A DNA stretch of 61,509 nucleotides, filler included, from an uncultured Methanosarcinales archaeon (GCA_964587045.1; 5 parts of 4 records of this genome joined end to end with filler, not necessarily neighbours in it); one strand, 5' to 3'. Shown: positions 10,033 to 20,306, counted from the first letter of the whole stretch. The notes: a model not told the origin generated them from the sequence alone. Numbers and translations: made by a program.

Positions 10033-10500
10033 TCACTCTAGCGCCTTGCGCACGTCTGGCAGCGCTTTTACAAGCCCATCACCGGACACGTACACCTTCC
10101 TCTCCGACAGGTACGTGAACCAGTAATCCTCCCACTCCCAGGAGGCGTACGCCTTGAGGTGCTTGAGCGCGGCCCACACATCCTTCTTTAGTCCTGCAGC
10201 ATAGATGATGTGCCCCTGGCTTTGGAAAAAGGGGTGGAACCTGTTGATGATGATGCATCCCATGTACAGGTAAGCGGACGCGGCGGCGCTCGCGCTTATG
10301 AACCCGTCTTCGATGTGTGGCAAGTGCTTGACCTTCTCCTCGACGATCTCGAGTCCTGACCTCCTGAGCAGGCTGTCGACCCGCTCATAGCCTTCGATGA
10401 CGTCGTCGTCTGTCGGGCCTGGTGGCGGATCGTAGTACTTGTCAGCCGGCCCGGTGATCCTTCCATTCATTATTATGCCTACAAGGGTTAGCTCAGTCAT
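10033..10500 (-). CDS. hypothetical protein
   Basis: ORF from MTELTLVGII; the upstream extension overlaps the next gene and is not credible. Confidence 0.55.
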   Translation of the reverse strand: MTELTLVGIIMNGRITGPADKYYDPPPGPTDDDVIEGYERVDSLLRRSGLEIVEEKVKHLPHIEDGFISASAAASAYLYMGCIIINRFHPFFQSQGHIIYAAGLKKDVWAALKHLKAYASWEWEDYWFTYLSERKVYVSGDGLVKALPDVRKALE

Positions 10501-10529
10501 GCGGCAAAGGAGGACATGCAATCCATAAA

Positions 10530-11429
10530 TCAGTTTTTGGCAGGATTCATGGCCGGGTGTTGCACATTCCTGTATATCATCTGAACGAAAATGATCTGCA
10601 AAGGGCCAAGAATCCCTATGATTGCTAGGGGGTACGAGGCTTCGATGCCGAACAGCAGTATGGTTACGGCTACGGCGAGCCCGCCGTTTTTGAACGTGCC
10701 GAAAAGTGTGAACAAGGCGCTGTTTGCGTGCTTGCGGGTGAAGGCCCACACGACGGTGGTCAGGCCGAAGTACCAGATTATTCCGAACAGGAGGAGGCCG
10801 GGCAGGCTTTCGTAGCGGGCGAACATGAGGTCGCGGTTGATGCCCAGGATTATGTAGAAAGAGATGCCGAAGCAGAGGTTAATCACAGACCTGGTAACTT
10901 TTTTGGGTATCGGGTACCTGTGCTCCAGTTGGTGGATTAGCTGAGACAGGGCAAACGGAAGGATGACAACCTGCAGGAGGACCTTGAGGATCTCCCACGA
11001 TGACACTGTCGAGCCGAAGAGGAAGTAGGCCATGAGGGGGATGAAAACCATGCCGAAGATGTATCCCGAGAATTCGGTGATGAAGGCGAGCTCGATATCC
11101 CCTCCGAGGAGGTAGGTCAGGGAGATTATGCCGATGGCCGGAGGCATCATCGCCAGTATGAACAGGGCGTTTCTGTACGGCTCCTCGATCATCAGCATGA
11201 TCAGGCCGAACAGGATGGCGGTCAGGGCGAGGTAATTGATCGCTAGCAGCACTGCCGACTCCCTCAGGTCGTCCCTCCTAATGTGGTGGAACGAGATGTC
11301 CTTCAGCGAGAAGGTCATCATGACTATGAGCAGCGGCACGATGAGCGGCTTGAGGAAAGGCGCCAGCTGCGGCATTACCAATGCTAGCAGTATGAAGAAA
11401 GCGAAAACGTACCTCGAATCGTCCAGCAT
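10530..11429 (-). CDS. bile acid:Na+ symporter (SBF/BASS) family transporter
   Basis: Multi-TM; MPPA...GGD and FKNGGLA motifs. Confidence 0.8.
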   Translation of the reverse strand: MLDDSRYVFAFFILLALVMPQLAPFLKPLIVPLLIVMMTFSLKDISFHHIRRDDLRESAVLLAINYLALTAILFGLIMLMIEEPYRNALFILAMMPPAIGIISLTYLLGGDIELAFITEFSGYIFGMVFIPLMAYFLFGSTVSSWEILKVLLQVVILPFALSQLIHQLEHRYPIPKKVTRSVINLCFGISFYIILGINRDLMFARYESLPGLLLFGIIWYFGLTTVVWAFTRKHANSALFTLFGTFKNGGLAVAVTILLFGIEASYPLAIIGILGPLQIIFVQMIYRNVQHPAMNPAKN

Positions 11430-11467
11430 TCAAAGTACAAACCAAAAGCCCCTATTTATCTTTTTTG

Positions 11468-12043
11468 CTAGAACAGGGGCACTCCCATCTGGTTGAGCAG
11501 GAAGTCGTAGAGGATGAATACGAAGATTATGAGGAAGACGAAGAAGACGATCTTCCACTTGAGCCGCTGCTTCCTTATCTTGTCATCGACCCCCTCTGTT
11601 GTGAGGTCGAACAACGTATCGCCGACGTAAAGGGAAAAGTACGTCCCGAACGCCGAGAGCACGATGATTATCCAGTAGGGAAAGGGGTTTGAGAGGATGT
11701 GGTAGAACAGGTGGAGGATGAAGGTCTTCTGGTAGATTTGGGGCATCACGAAGAAGTTGTAGAGGTTGAGGGATATCGCGATGACCCACACGCCGACCTC
11801 AGAGTAGATCATCCTGACCTTGAGGATGAGCCTCATCGGGAAGTCCAGTATGATGCCCGCATCTGCTATAGGCGTGCATAGCACGAAGAACGACCAGGTA
11901 AGACCGGCTATCAGCAAACCGCTGCCTGCCCCGAACTTGTACATCACGAAGAACAGGTAAGCAAGCAGCAGGAGGATTGCCAACAAGAACCTGTGCATGC
12001 GGTTCAGCCTGAAATTCCTCAGATAATCCTTCAAATTCGCCAT
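11468..12043 (-). CDS. conserved membrane protein
   Basis: Multi-TM ORF, WSFFVLCTPIADAG motif. Confidence 0.7.
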   Translation of the reverse strand: MANLKDYLRNFRLNRMHRFLLAILLLLAYLFFVMYKFGAGSGLLIAGLTWSFFVLCTPIADAGIILDFPMRLILKVRMIYSEVGVWVIAISLNLYNFFVMPQIYQKTFILHLFYHILSNPFPYWIIIVLSAFGTYFSLYVGDTLFDLTTEGVDDKIRKQRLKWKIVFFVFLIIFVFILYDFLLNQMGVPLF

Positions 12044-12123
12044 ATGCCAAATTTAATTGGGGGTGATGTATATAAAAATTTGTATCACAAGTGTTAAATA
12101 TCCCCACACCATCCGAACTTGGA

Positions 12124-12771
12124 ATGAAGGCAGTGATTTTCGACATGGACGGCGTGGTGCAGGATACAGAGAGCATCCACCAGAATGCCGAATTTGAGGT
12201 GCTGAATAGGCACGGCGCCATCCCAGACCCCTCTGACTGGAACGATTTCCACGGCAGGAAGGCAATCGAGATCTTCGAGATGATCATTGAACGGTACCAT
12301 CTGACGGGCGTAACTGCAGAGCAGCTCATGCAGGAGAAGCGCGAGATTTACTTCATGAAGGCCAAGGATGAGGCGAGGCTCATGCCCGGCTTCTCTGAGC
12401 TACTAAAATTTTTGAGTCCCAACTACCGGTTGGGACTCGTCACGTCCTCTGTGAAGGAGACCCAGGAGTTCGCGTTCGAGCTCTTCAAGCTGGACGGCCT
12501 GTTCGAGACCGTCGTGAACGCCGACATGGTGAGCAAGAGCAAGCCCGATCCCGAGCCTTACTCGTTCGCGATAGGGAAGATGGGGCTGGAGCCTTCAGAA
12601 TGCGCCGTGATCGAGGACGCTGAGAACGGTCTGATGTCTGCCAAGGCAGCTGGCGCCCACACCATCGGGCTCACTTCCACTATGCCCGCAGGGATGCTCA
12701 AGCACGCGGACTTAATCTGCACCTCCCACGCTGAAATCAAGGCGCTGTTCGAGAAGGGATGGCCTTTCTGA
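12124..12771 (+). CDS. HAD family phosphatase (beta-PGM-like)
   Basis: FDMDGV, VTSS, KPDPEPY, IEDAENG. Confidence 0.93.
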   Translation: MKAVIFDMDGVVQDTESIHQNAEFEVLNRHGAIPDPSDWNDFHGRKAIEIFEMIIERYHLTGVTAEQLMQEKREIYFMKAKDEARLMPGFSELLKFLSPNYRLGLVTSSVKETQEFAFELFKLDGLFETVVNADMVSKSKPDPEPYSFAIGKMGLEPSECAVIEDAENGLMSAKAAGAHTIGLTSTMPAGMLKHADLICTSHAEIKALFEKGWPF

Positions 12772-12851
12772 CCGCCAGGCTTAAATATTTTGGCATTTCC
12801 TTCCGGGATCATGGAAAACCTTGAGGATTACCTGCGCACCCTAATCCCTGG

Positions 12852-12951
12852 NNNNNNNNNNNNNNNNNNNNNNNNNNNNNNNNNNNNNNNNNNNNTTAAT
12901 TAATTAANNNNNNNNNNNNNNNNNNNNNNNNNNNNNNNNNNNNNNNNNNNN
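12852..12951. other. assembly linker (N-TTAATTAATTAA-N)
   Basis: N run with stop linker. Confidence 0.98.
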
Positions 12952-12973
12952 GTTGCATGTTTTTTCACCTCTA

Positions 12974-13306
12974 TTACTGCAGGGCTTTGTAGAACTGCTC
13001 TGCTTGCTTTTCCTGTTCGAAGTAGGCGCGCACGTTTAGCATGTTGCTGCCCAACTCCTTTATTATCGATACGAACTTCGGAGCGCCGTTGCGCTCATCC
13101 ATTGGCACGTATCTGAAGTAGTTGAGGACATTCTCCTCAAGCCGGAATCCTTGGCCGGCCGCTGGGGAGATTACTTTACCCATCAGCAGGTCAATGGTCT
13201 CGCCAACCTTCTTCTTGGAACGTGTCTCTACCGAGAGCTCGCAAGTGCTGTATTCCCTTCCATTCACATTAGTGTTTTGTAGAGTTGTCTCTTTGTTTTC
13301 GAACAT
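12974..13306 (-). CDS. hypothetical protein
   Basis: ORF from MFENKE with GGAGG upstream. Confidence 0.6.
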   Translation of the reverse strand: MFENKETTLQNTNVNGREYSTCELSVETRSKKKVGETIDLLMGKVISPAAGQGFRLEENVLNYFRYVPMDERNGAPKFVSIIKELGSNMLNVRAYFEQEKQAEQFYKALQ

Positions 13307-13424
13307 ATTACCTCCCGCAACCAAATGTGCAGGTATATAAAAAAGATTTGTTGTTAGGCTTACCACAACATAAATGCAAATCTGTTCGAAAGATTTTTAA
13401 GTCTGATTCCTCCAATTAAGCCAT

Positions 13425-13565
13425 ATGAGCCCTGTAAAGGAAGATACCAGCGAAAACGGCGAGGAATGCCCTGTCTGCGGTAGCTTCAACACCCATAGGA
13501 ATTCTAACGGTGAGCTCGTCTGCAAGGAATGCGGAAATATCGATGTGCCTGCTTTGCCTGTCTGA
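13425..13565 (+). CDS. small zinc-ribbon protein (46 aa; not in ORF track)
   Basis: MSPVKEDTSENGEECPVCGSFNTHRNSNGELVCKECGNIDVPALPV: TFIIB-type CxxC-x14-CxxC. Confidence 0.7.
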   Translation: MSPVKEDTSENGEECPVCGSFNTHRNSNGELVCKECGNIDVPALPV

Positions 13566-13625
13566 TTCTAAGATAATTTTTTTAAATACATGATTTATCC
13601 AGCAATTCTTCCACAAGTAAAAAAA

Positions 13626-14138
13626 ATGATAGATTTAAACGAGATAATAAAATCGGGAGGCAACCTAAAGCTCCGCCTTCAGGAAATGACGATCCCTCAA
13701 CATTATTACGCAAGCTCAATTGGGGATCTTAACAGCGCCAAGCTTGACAACGGCCATTATGATCTCAAGCCTACTAAAAAGTTATTGCCAAAGGTCTGTC
13801 TGTTGAATGGGTGGACCTTTGTCTCCTTTCCCAGGCTGGATATCACCGATGTTACTCACGTACCCAGAGGGAGAGGAGAATTTAGACCTATTTTCACTTA
13901 CTCAGATATTACAGGATCATTTTCAGGAGGCATATTCCCCTTCAATAAGTCCTCGAAAAGCGGGAAACTCCGGTTTTCAGACGAAGCGGAGAAGGGCATG
14001 CGGCTCGAGTATCCGACCTTTATTTTCAAACCCGATGATTCCCTATACTTTCCGCTGAAGTTGCTCTATTTCAAGACAGAGCCAATTGGAGGCCATGAGA
14101 GCCAGAATTTAGTAGAGCTAGCTCTGAGCTTCGCATGA
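13626..14138 (+). CDS. hypothetical protein
   Basis: ORF, lower GC than the flanking housekeeping genes. Confidence 0.55.
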   Translation: MIDLNEIIKSGGNLKLRLQEMTIPQHYYASSIGDLNSAKLDNGHYDLKPTKKLLPKVCLLNGWTFVSFPRLDITDVTHVPRGRGEFRPIFTYSDITGSFSGGIFPFNKSSKSGKLRFSDEAEKGMRLEYPTFIFKPDDSLYFPLKLLYFKTEPIGGHESQNLVELALSFA

Positions 14139-16301
14139 TTTCTCGTCCTCGAACAGATCGAACCTGCCATGCAGCATGTCTCTCTTGGAGTAGTCGAACT
14201 TTCGCTTGCCAGGCGGGCTTATCCTTTTACAAGCCTCGAAGACTTCGACATCCTTCTTGCTCCTGTAGAACAGCCTTTCGTATCTATTAAGGCTCCTCTT
14301 GTCCAAATTCTTCACCCACATAAGTGTCTCAGGAATCTGTTCAGAGGTCATCTCCCCGAGGGTTATATCTGTGATCTCGAGCCTGTAACCATTTTCACTT
14401 GGGAGTTTAGTGTAGATGTTATGAGCGGTCACTCCCCGCAGACCTGACCAGTTCTCCCACTTCCTCATCTGGACCTCTGACGGCGTGATAGCTATCCTCC
14501 TGTATCCCGCGACAATCGCGAAGTGCTCAAGTGCGAGGATGACCATCTGCGCCCAGGAAGAGTACTTTTTCTTGAATGATGATGGGACATTTAGCTCCTT
14601 GTCGAAGATGTCGGTCTGGATTTCCTCGACGCGCAGGGTGTCGCCTTCTGGGTAGAACCTGGCATAGGCTATTGAGTTTTCGACGTGCTGGCTTATGGTA
14701 ATCCTCTGCTCCAGCAGTTCCTTAAGGACCTCCCTGTTTGGTGAGAGGATGAGGCGGGCGCCGAAGTTGTTGTCGATACCAAAGAAACCTGACCTCCGGT
14801 TCATCGGTTGAACTGTGAACTCCCCTTCGACGATCTTGCTTAGGCCGAACTCTTTTGGATCGACCTCCATTCCTGACATCTCCCTGAAGTCCTCAAGCTC
14901 CGCAACGACTGCTTCGAGGTCATAGGATTCTGAATCCTTGGCGCGTGCGATGACCTTCTTGAGGTCATTTTCATTGATCCTCAGCTGAGCAGCGATCAGC
15001 TCAATGGTTTTTCCGTGTAAGCCCTCAGTATTCTGCGCCCACATCCTGGCCAGGTACCTGGTGTGGCCACTGCTCCGCTCCGCGATCCCTGCCAGATCTT
15101 CTGATGTGATGAGTGGCGCCTTGCCAGCCTTGTCGAGCACCGCATGCCTGAAGCAGTCGTCGTTGAGGTCGAGGTCCTTAACCCTTATCTTGCACTCGTA
15201 ATCATGGGCTTTCCGAATAATATCCTCGACCTTGCTGACAATATCATCCGATGTTACCTGAACAGTCGGCATGCGTGATGAGTAGCCTATGACTCTCTTT
15301 TCGAAGCCGTAATCAATCAGCTGCATGTTGGGACCGAAGTGGTCGTGGTTGAAAAGCCCGAAGAGTTTGACTTGCGTCCCTTTTGGCACTTTCGAGAGGT
15401 ATTGGTCCAGATGCGCTCGGCCCTTGTCGCTGAACATTGAGCAATAGACCAGGTACAGCGCGCGGATGGTCCTGTTAAACCCTTTGGTCTTTCCCATCCA
15501 CTCCTTGAACACATCCTTGTTATCGTCGTATGCCTTGGTGAGATAATTTAGCATGAACGGTCCGAAGGTGTCATACATGGTCGTGGCCGCTTCCCCATGC
15601 TTTTCGTAGGCTTCGCTGAAACTGATGAAGTCGACTGCCGGCACCCCCTTTTTAAGGGCTTTCTCATACCCCCTCCTCTCGAAGAAGGAGTTAAGCGCAA
15701 TGGACTTGACAACATTTGTCTTGGCACGGCGAAACTGCGGCAGGCCCTTTATCCTTTCGTATAAAGCTTGTGTCTCAGAGTCGAGCGCTCCGTTGTAGAT
15801 CCTGTCCTTGAAATCCGCAAGTCTTGCTTTAAGCGCCCTGACCATCTCCTTTGGCACTTCCCTCCTGTTGAGTTTTTCGAGATATTTCTCGTACTCGTCA
15901 CTCTTTTCGTCCAAGGTGAACCTGCTGTCATCGATTTTTAATGAGGGGAGGAAGTCGTCCTCAAGCATCATGCCGCGTATGTTCTCAAGCCTGCCCAGCG
16001 TCTCGATGGGCACGTCCTCTTCGAAGAGGTGTTCCAACTGGCCGAAATCCCACTGGTAGACCCTGTTGACCTTGTATACCTCTTTTGCTGGGATGCTGTT
16101 CCTCTCTACGTAGGAGCTGGCTTTGTCGTGATCGAGCAAAAAGGCGACGTCTGAGTAATGCTGCGGTTTGACTTCTTTCTTGATGAAGAATGCCAGGAGA
16201 TTTTTCCAGTCGTGGCCGAGACCGACCATTGATATGACCTCATCTGGGTCGAATCCTTGGCCTGCGATTGCCTCTCTTGCTTCTTTTAGGATATCAGTCA
16301 T
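14118..16301 (-). CDS. large hypothetical protein (727 aa) with possible C-terminal GNAT-like domain
   Basis: Long ORF; C-terminal LRVEEIQTD...W...LEHFAIVAGYRRIAI...IYTKLP...GY pattern. Confidence 0.75.
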   Translation of the reverse strand: MTDILKEAREAIAGQGFDPDEVISMVGLGHDWKNLLAFFIKKEVKPQHYSDVAFLLDHDKASSYVERNSIPAKEVYKVNRVYQWDFGQLEHLFEEDVPIETLGRLENIRGMMLEDDFLPSLKIDDSRFTLDEKSDEYEKYLEKLNRREVPKEMVRALKARLADFKDRIYNGALDSETQALYERIKGLPQFRRAKTNVVKSIALNSFFERRGYEKALKKGVPAVDFISFSEAYEKHGEAATTMYDTFGPFMLNYLTKAYDDNKDVFKEWMGKTKGFNRTIRALYLVYCSMFSDKGRAHLDQYLSKVPKGTQVKLFGLFNHDHFGPNMQLIDYGFEKRVIGYSSRMPTVQVTSDDIVSKVEDIIRKAHDYECKIRVKDLDLNDDCFRHAVLDKAGKAPLITSEDLAGIAERSSGHTRYLARMWAQNTEGLHGKTIELIAAQLRINENDLKKVIARAKDSESYDLEAVVAELEDFREMSGMEVDPKEFGLSKIVEGEFTVQPMNRRSGFFGIDNNFGARLILSPNREVLKELLEQRITISQHVENSIAYARFYPEGDTLRVEEIQTDIFDKELNVPSSFKKKYSSWAQMVILALEHFAIVAGYRRIAITPSEVQMRKWENWSGLRGVTAHNIYTKLPSENGYRLEITDITLGEMTSEQIPETLMWVKNLDKRSLNRYERLFYRSKKDVEVFEACKRISPPGKRKFDYSKRDMLHGRFDLFEDEKSCEAQS

Positions 16302-18604
16302 TTTGCGTACTTTTCGATTATGTCCATTTCGGTGCTCTCATACTCTAATGCTATGGGCTTTCCTGCCCTGTAATTTTCGCACACTTTGCTGAAGCTCTTG
16401 AATGTAATGTAATCTGCGCCTTTTCGCCTCGAGGTCACGAAAACCGCATAGCGCTCGATGATGTTTTCCATGTCGAATTTCCTGGATTCAGTGAAATTTT
16501 CGATTGCCATCTGTATACTCCTTATGAAGTCTTTCTTAGTTACCCTATCCATCTGCTTGTACATGCTGACGACCTCTGAGCTTGGCACCAATCCTGCTCT
16601 GACCAGGTCAGATATTTCCTCAATCGATGAGTAGAACATACGTTCATTGATGTCTTCGGAAGTGCTGGTGCCGATTCTTATGCTCCTTAAGTCGAATCCT
16701 CCCTCTTCTGATGAGGCGACGAGCCCTTTGATGTCCGAGAATAAGGCTTGGTATTCCAGCCCAGTTTTCTCTTCTTTTTGATTTCGTTTTCCGAGGTGGT
16801 TGATATACCTGAAAGTGCTCTCTGCTAGCTTCTTATCCTCACCTTCCAAGCATGCGTCGATGGTCGCGAGCCTTTCATCTGCTGAGGGCATGTTCATGCT
16901 GACGAATCCATCGATGAGGGCGTCGACATCGTAGCCGGACCTGTTCCATCTTCGAAGGCTCTTTTGTACTGTGCTGATCGAGGATTTTAGGTTCTGGTAG
17001 TTGTCGATTCCGGCGAAGAGAGGGATCACATCATGGATCAGCCTCTCTGTGTCGATTATCGACTTCGTCCGGCCCGCGTGCCTGACCATCCTATGCAGGT
17101 TGCGTTCTAGGGACTCGAGGTTGTCTGATGCGGAAATGAGGTTCTTCATGGTGTGGCAGAACTCGTCTTCCTGCCACCTCACGAAGCCATGTTTGCCAGA
17201 GTACCTTATTATTTTGTAGAGCCGCTCAGCGCTTCCCTCAAGCTCATCGATGCTGCTGATGAGCGGACGGAATGTGCTGAATTTGCTTTGATACACCTTC
17301 TCAATTTCGTAGGAATCCATTCCCCTGTCAAGGAAGTGCTCATTTATTGCGAACACCGCTTCTCCGACCCGCCTCACCTCTGGGGCGTTGCGGGCAAGGT
17401 CGATATAGTCCAGCATGGTCTTGTAGAACATGCTGCTTTGGAATGTTTTGTTCCTGACAGCTTTTCTGATGAGCTTGGTGTACTCTATTATGCGGGCCGC
17501 TGTAGGCAGGTTTTCATAGATATGCTTTTGCCTGCTTGGGGAAAAGCACAGGCTCAGGTAACTCCTTTCTTCCCCAATACTCCTCTTTATGTCTTCGAGC
17601 AGTTTTAGCATGCGCTCTAGCTGCGAAGGGCTCTTGAACGCTTTTCCAGTGTATTGCAGTATCATAAAGTTCTCAGTGGACCCTGAATCGTGCATATGGC
17701 GTACGTAATCCTCCGGATTGACCAGCTTTTCGAAGAATGAGGTTAAGGTCTCGAAGGTTCTCTTCAGCCCATCAAGGTCTTGGGTTAGTGCTGGCAGTTT
17801 GCCCAAAGTATCGAAAATTCTGTAATAGTTATAGGCATACCGGTTTTGGAATTGTTGACTATATACTTTTTGATATTCTTTACTCGTCTTGACCTTCTTC
17901 ATCTTGAGCGCGCCCATCAGCCATATGCAGCCCTCCTCGAACTGGTCAAGCCCATGGAAGGTGTTGCTGACGCGTCCCAGGAAATCTGAAAAGAAGCCTT
18001 CGCGGCTGATATCATGCTTTCTTAGGCCTGCAGCGTATTTGTTGACCATCGCGGCAAGGTCAGAGACTTGCTCGTCTGTTGTCAGTATGCTGAGATTATT
18101 CTTGATGTTCTTTTGGAAGTATCCAACCTCCTGCCCTGTTTCCTGCCCCTTCCACAAGATTAGCTCGTCGACGAACTTCGAGAAGTCCTCTACGCATCTG
18201 AACTGCTCCCAGTCATCCTCGCTGAAGCTGATGAGAGATTCTATCTGTGAGGAAGCGATCTCATACCTGGTAATGTGTTTCATCATCCTCTTGAACGCGT
18301 CGTCGTTTGGACAGAGCCTGTTCACCATTGAGTAATAGTCTGGCAGGTCGTGAAATAAACTCGATTTTGAGAAGATGTTCGTCCCGTGCGCATTCGCGAC
18401 GGATTGCAGCAGGCAGATGTAGTCGATGTTTTGAAGGAATTGGGAATTGTCGTCAGCAAGATTGGGTGGCATGCTGGCAGCCTCTATCTGATAGACAAGC
18501 ATGATTAGTTCTTCGGGCGATTTGCTGGTTATCTCGGGGTTCTTGAAGCCCTTCCAGTAAATGATCTGTCTCTTGAGCTCCTCGTCGTCCATGCGGTCGG
18601 GCAA
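16298..18604 (-). CDS. large hypothetical, mostly helical protein (~765 aa)
   Basis: Long ORF coupled by an ATGA overlap to the downstream gene; no recognisable motif. Confidence 0.75.
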   Translation of the reverse strand: MPDRMDDEELKRQIIYWKGFKNPEITSKSPEELIMLVYQIEAASMPPNLADDNSQFLQNIDYICLLQSVANAHGTNIFSKSSLFHDLPDYYSMVNRLCPNDDAFKRMMKHITRYEIASSQIESLISFSEDDWEQFRCVEDFSKFVDELILWKGQETGQEVGYFQKNIKNNLSILTTDEQVSDLAAMVNKYAAGLRKHDISREGFFSDFLGRVSNTFHGLDQFEEGCIWLMGALKMKKVKTSKEYQKVYSQQFQNRYAYNYYRIFDTLGKLPALTQDLDGLKRTFETLTSFFEKLVNPEDYVRHMHDSGSTENFMILQYTGKAFKSPSQLERMLKLLEDIKRSIGEERSYLSLCFSPSRQKHIYENLPTAARIIEYTKLIRKAVRNKTFQSSMFYKTMLDYIDLARNAPEVRRVGEAVFAINEHFLDRGMDSYEIEKVYQSKFSTFRPLISSIDELEGSAERLYKIIRYSGKHGFVRWQEDEFCHTMKNLISASDNLESLERNLHRMVRHAGRTKSIIDTERLIHDVIPLFAGIDNYQNLKSSISTVQKSLRRWNRSGYDVDALIDGFVSMNMPSADERLATIDACLEGEDKKLAESTFRYINHLGKRNQKEEKTGLEYQALFSDIKGLVASSEEGGFDLRSIRIGTSTSEDINERMFYSSIEEISDLVRAGLVPSSEVVSMYKQMDRVTKKDFIRSIQMAIENFTESRKFDMENIIERYAVFVTSRRKGADYITFKSFSKVCENYRAGKPIALEYESTEMDIIEKYAK

Positions 18605-18656
18605 CCAAAAGTCTTTTTATAAAGATATCGGTTGTTAGTTACTTTGAAGTGAAGAA

Positions 18657-18776
18657 TGCGGGGGAAGGGGTTCGAACCCTCGTAGGCACTAAGCCACTGG
18701 GTTTCTCATGTTCTTCAAGTTTTTTTCCATCAGAACAGCCTAAGCCCAGCCCGTTTGACCGCTCCGGCACCCCCGC
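18657..18776 (-). tRNA. tRNA-Leu(UAG) with 36-nt intron at 37/38 (intron 18703-18738)
   Basis: GCGGGGGTGCCGGAGCGGTCAAACGGGCTGGGCTTAGG|intron|ACCCAGTGGCTTAGTGCCTACGAGGGTTCGAACCCCTTCCCCCGCA; long variable arm; strict BHB (CUUA/UGAG; UGUUCU/AGAACA). Confidence 0.94.
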
Positions 18777-18826
18777 GGAGTTGACACTAGGACAATTAGC
18801 CTACCTTAAAAAAGTTTTGCCAGAAA

Positions 18827-18991
18827 TCACTTCTTCTGCCAGGCGTAGCTTCGGATCTTGGAGGATGCGCCGAAGCCGCAGGAGCTGCACACCTTCTTCC
18901 TTGCGTGGTAAGTGTGCTCTCCGCATCTCCGGCAGTATATATGTGTCTTTTTGCCGGACTTCTTGCCCATTGAAGGGGTTCCCTTGCTCAT
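18827..18991 (-). CDS. rpl37e: 50S ribosomal protein L37e (54 aa; not in ORF track)
   Basis: [41 protein letters not shown]; directly downstream of the Sm gene, as is usual in archaea. Confidence 0.95.
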   Translation of the reverse strand: MSKGTPSMGKKSGKKTHIYCRRCGEHTYHARKKVCSSCGFGASSKIRSYAWQKK

Positions 18992-19001
18992 CTCTCATCA
19001 C

Positions 19002-19226
19002 TTATGCAGGCGAGATCAGTATGATCGTGTCGCCTCTGATGAAGACGACTCCCATCTTCTTCTTGATCTCTCCGTTCTCTCGCTCCTCAGCTTCCTCGAG
19101 CACCACGTTTATGTGGATGTCGAAGGCTTTCAGAATTCCTATGAACTGTAGTCCGTTCTTGAGGTTGACGATGACTCTTTTGTCTTTTGACCTGTTCAAT
19201 GCATCAAGCGGTCGTGCGGTTTCCAT
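19002..19226 (-). CDS. Sm-like archaeal protein (LSm/SmAP)
   Basis: RPLDAL...LKNG...GILKAFDIHINVVL...IRGDTI. Confidence 0.95.
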   Translation of the reverse strand: METARPLDALNRSKDKRVIVNLKNGLQFIGILKAFDIHINVVLEEAEERENGEIKKKMGVVFIRGDTIILISPA

Positions 19227-19444
19227 AATAAAAACACCCCGAACAATATTAGTGAGCCAGTGAATTCCGGCTAGGTATTTAAATGTTGCTATACAGGAAG
19301 AAGGAGGGTTGTAAAAATAACCGTGATGTGGAGATATTGGGGGAAAAAGAGGCAGATTATTACATGCGCGCCGCCGTACGTGACCAATCAATTTAAGAAT
19401 AACTGTTCTTTTCTGCTAAAAACTAGGTAAGAGGTACAGATAAG

Positions 19445-19840
19445 ATGGCAGATGTATTATACCAGCTTATGGGTGTAGACCATGAGGATGATAGACGAGA
19501 GCTGTTTTCCGCTTTCAATGGGGATTTGGGTGATTTCGTTGCCAGACAGGTCAAGTTCCTCAAATTGCGCAAGGATGCACAGCTCGGTGGCCACTACCAC
19601 GACTACCGCGAGCTCTTCTACCTGCTCGAAGGGAGCGCATCGTTTCAAATAATTGATATCAATTCAAAAGAAGAGACGATAATTGAAATGGTTCCAAAAA
19701 GCAGGATACTTCTTCCGCCCTACATGGCCCATAGGATATCTGTTGAAGGGGGATCGATTCTGGTCGGCTGCACGGAAAAAGAGTATGTCTCGCCCCAAGT
19801 CAACGATTTCCCTTATGATTTCGATGCAAGAATTCGCTAG
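19445..19840 (+). CDS. cupin-domain protein (WxcM/FdtA-like)
   Basis: LGGHYH...ELFYLLEG...PPYMAH. Confidence 0.75.
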   Translation: MADVLYQLMGVDHEDDRRELFSAFNGDLGDFVARQVKFLKLRKDAQLGGHYHDYRELFYLLEGSASFQIIDINSKEETIIEMVPKSRILLPPYMAHRISVEGGSILVGCTEKEYVSPQVNDFPYDFDARIR

Positions 19841-20232
19841 TGTTTTTTCCTAAACCCTTTTTCATCTCCGTATTCCAAGAAATCCTTGTGGTGTCTGGGC
19901 TCGATGAACCCTTTATACTTTTGGTGCTTTATCGCGCAGAAGTACCTCTCTGTTCTCGCTGCAATCTCAGACATGTACGCGGCCAGCCCGTTAGCGTAAC
20001 CGCAGTAGGAGCAGTTCAGCTTGTCCAGGGGCCCCAGGTACCTGAGCTTGTGCCTGTCAATCCTGATGTATGCTGATCGTCTGACCATCGGGATCCCGCA
20101 CAGCCGAAATCCCACCTGGTGGTAGAGCTCGACAGAAGCATCCAACAGGAGGAGCGGGAAGAAGATGAGGTAGATGAAAGGAGACGCGAGGATGTGCCTG
20201 AGCATCCGGTTCCGGTGCTTCTTGTATTCCAT
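19837..20232 (-). CDS. conserved hypothetical membrane protein
   Basis: IDRHKLRYL...KLNCSYCGYANG...TERYFCAIKH. Confidence 0.7.
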   Translation of the reverse strand: MEYKKHRNRMLRHILASPFIYLIFFPLLLLDASVELYHQVGFRLCGIPMVRRSAYIRIDRHKLRYLGPLDKLNCSYCGYANGLAAYMSEIAARTERYFCAIKHQKYKGFIEPRHHKDFLEYGDEKGFRKKH

Positions 20233-20306
20233 CAGCCAGTGCCAGCGAACATTAAAATATAAAGCTTTTCAAAACGTATTAATATGACCCGTCCCCTCTT
20301 GCTTTA

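Noticed and set aside
18649..19263. ORFs 18649-19263 (+) and 18801-19001 (-)
   Set aside because: Shadow frames over tRNA-Leu, rpl37e and Sm; the real L37e is in another frame.
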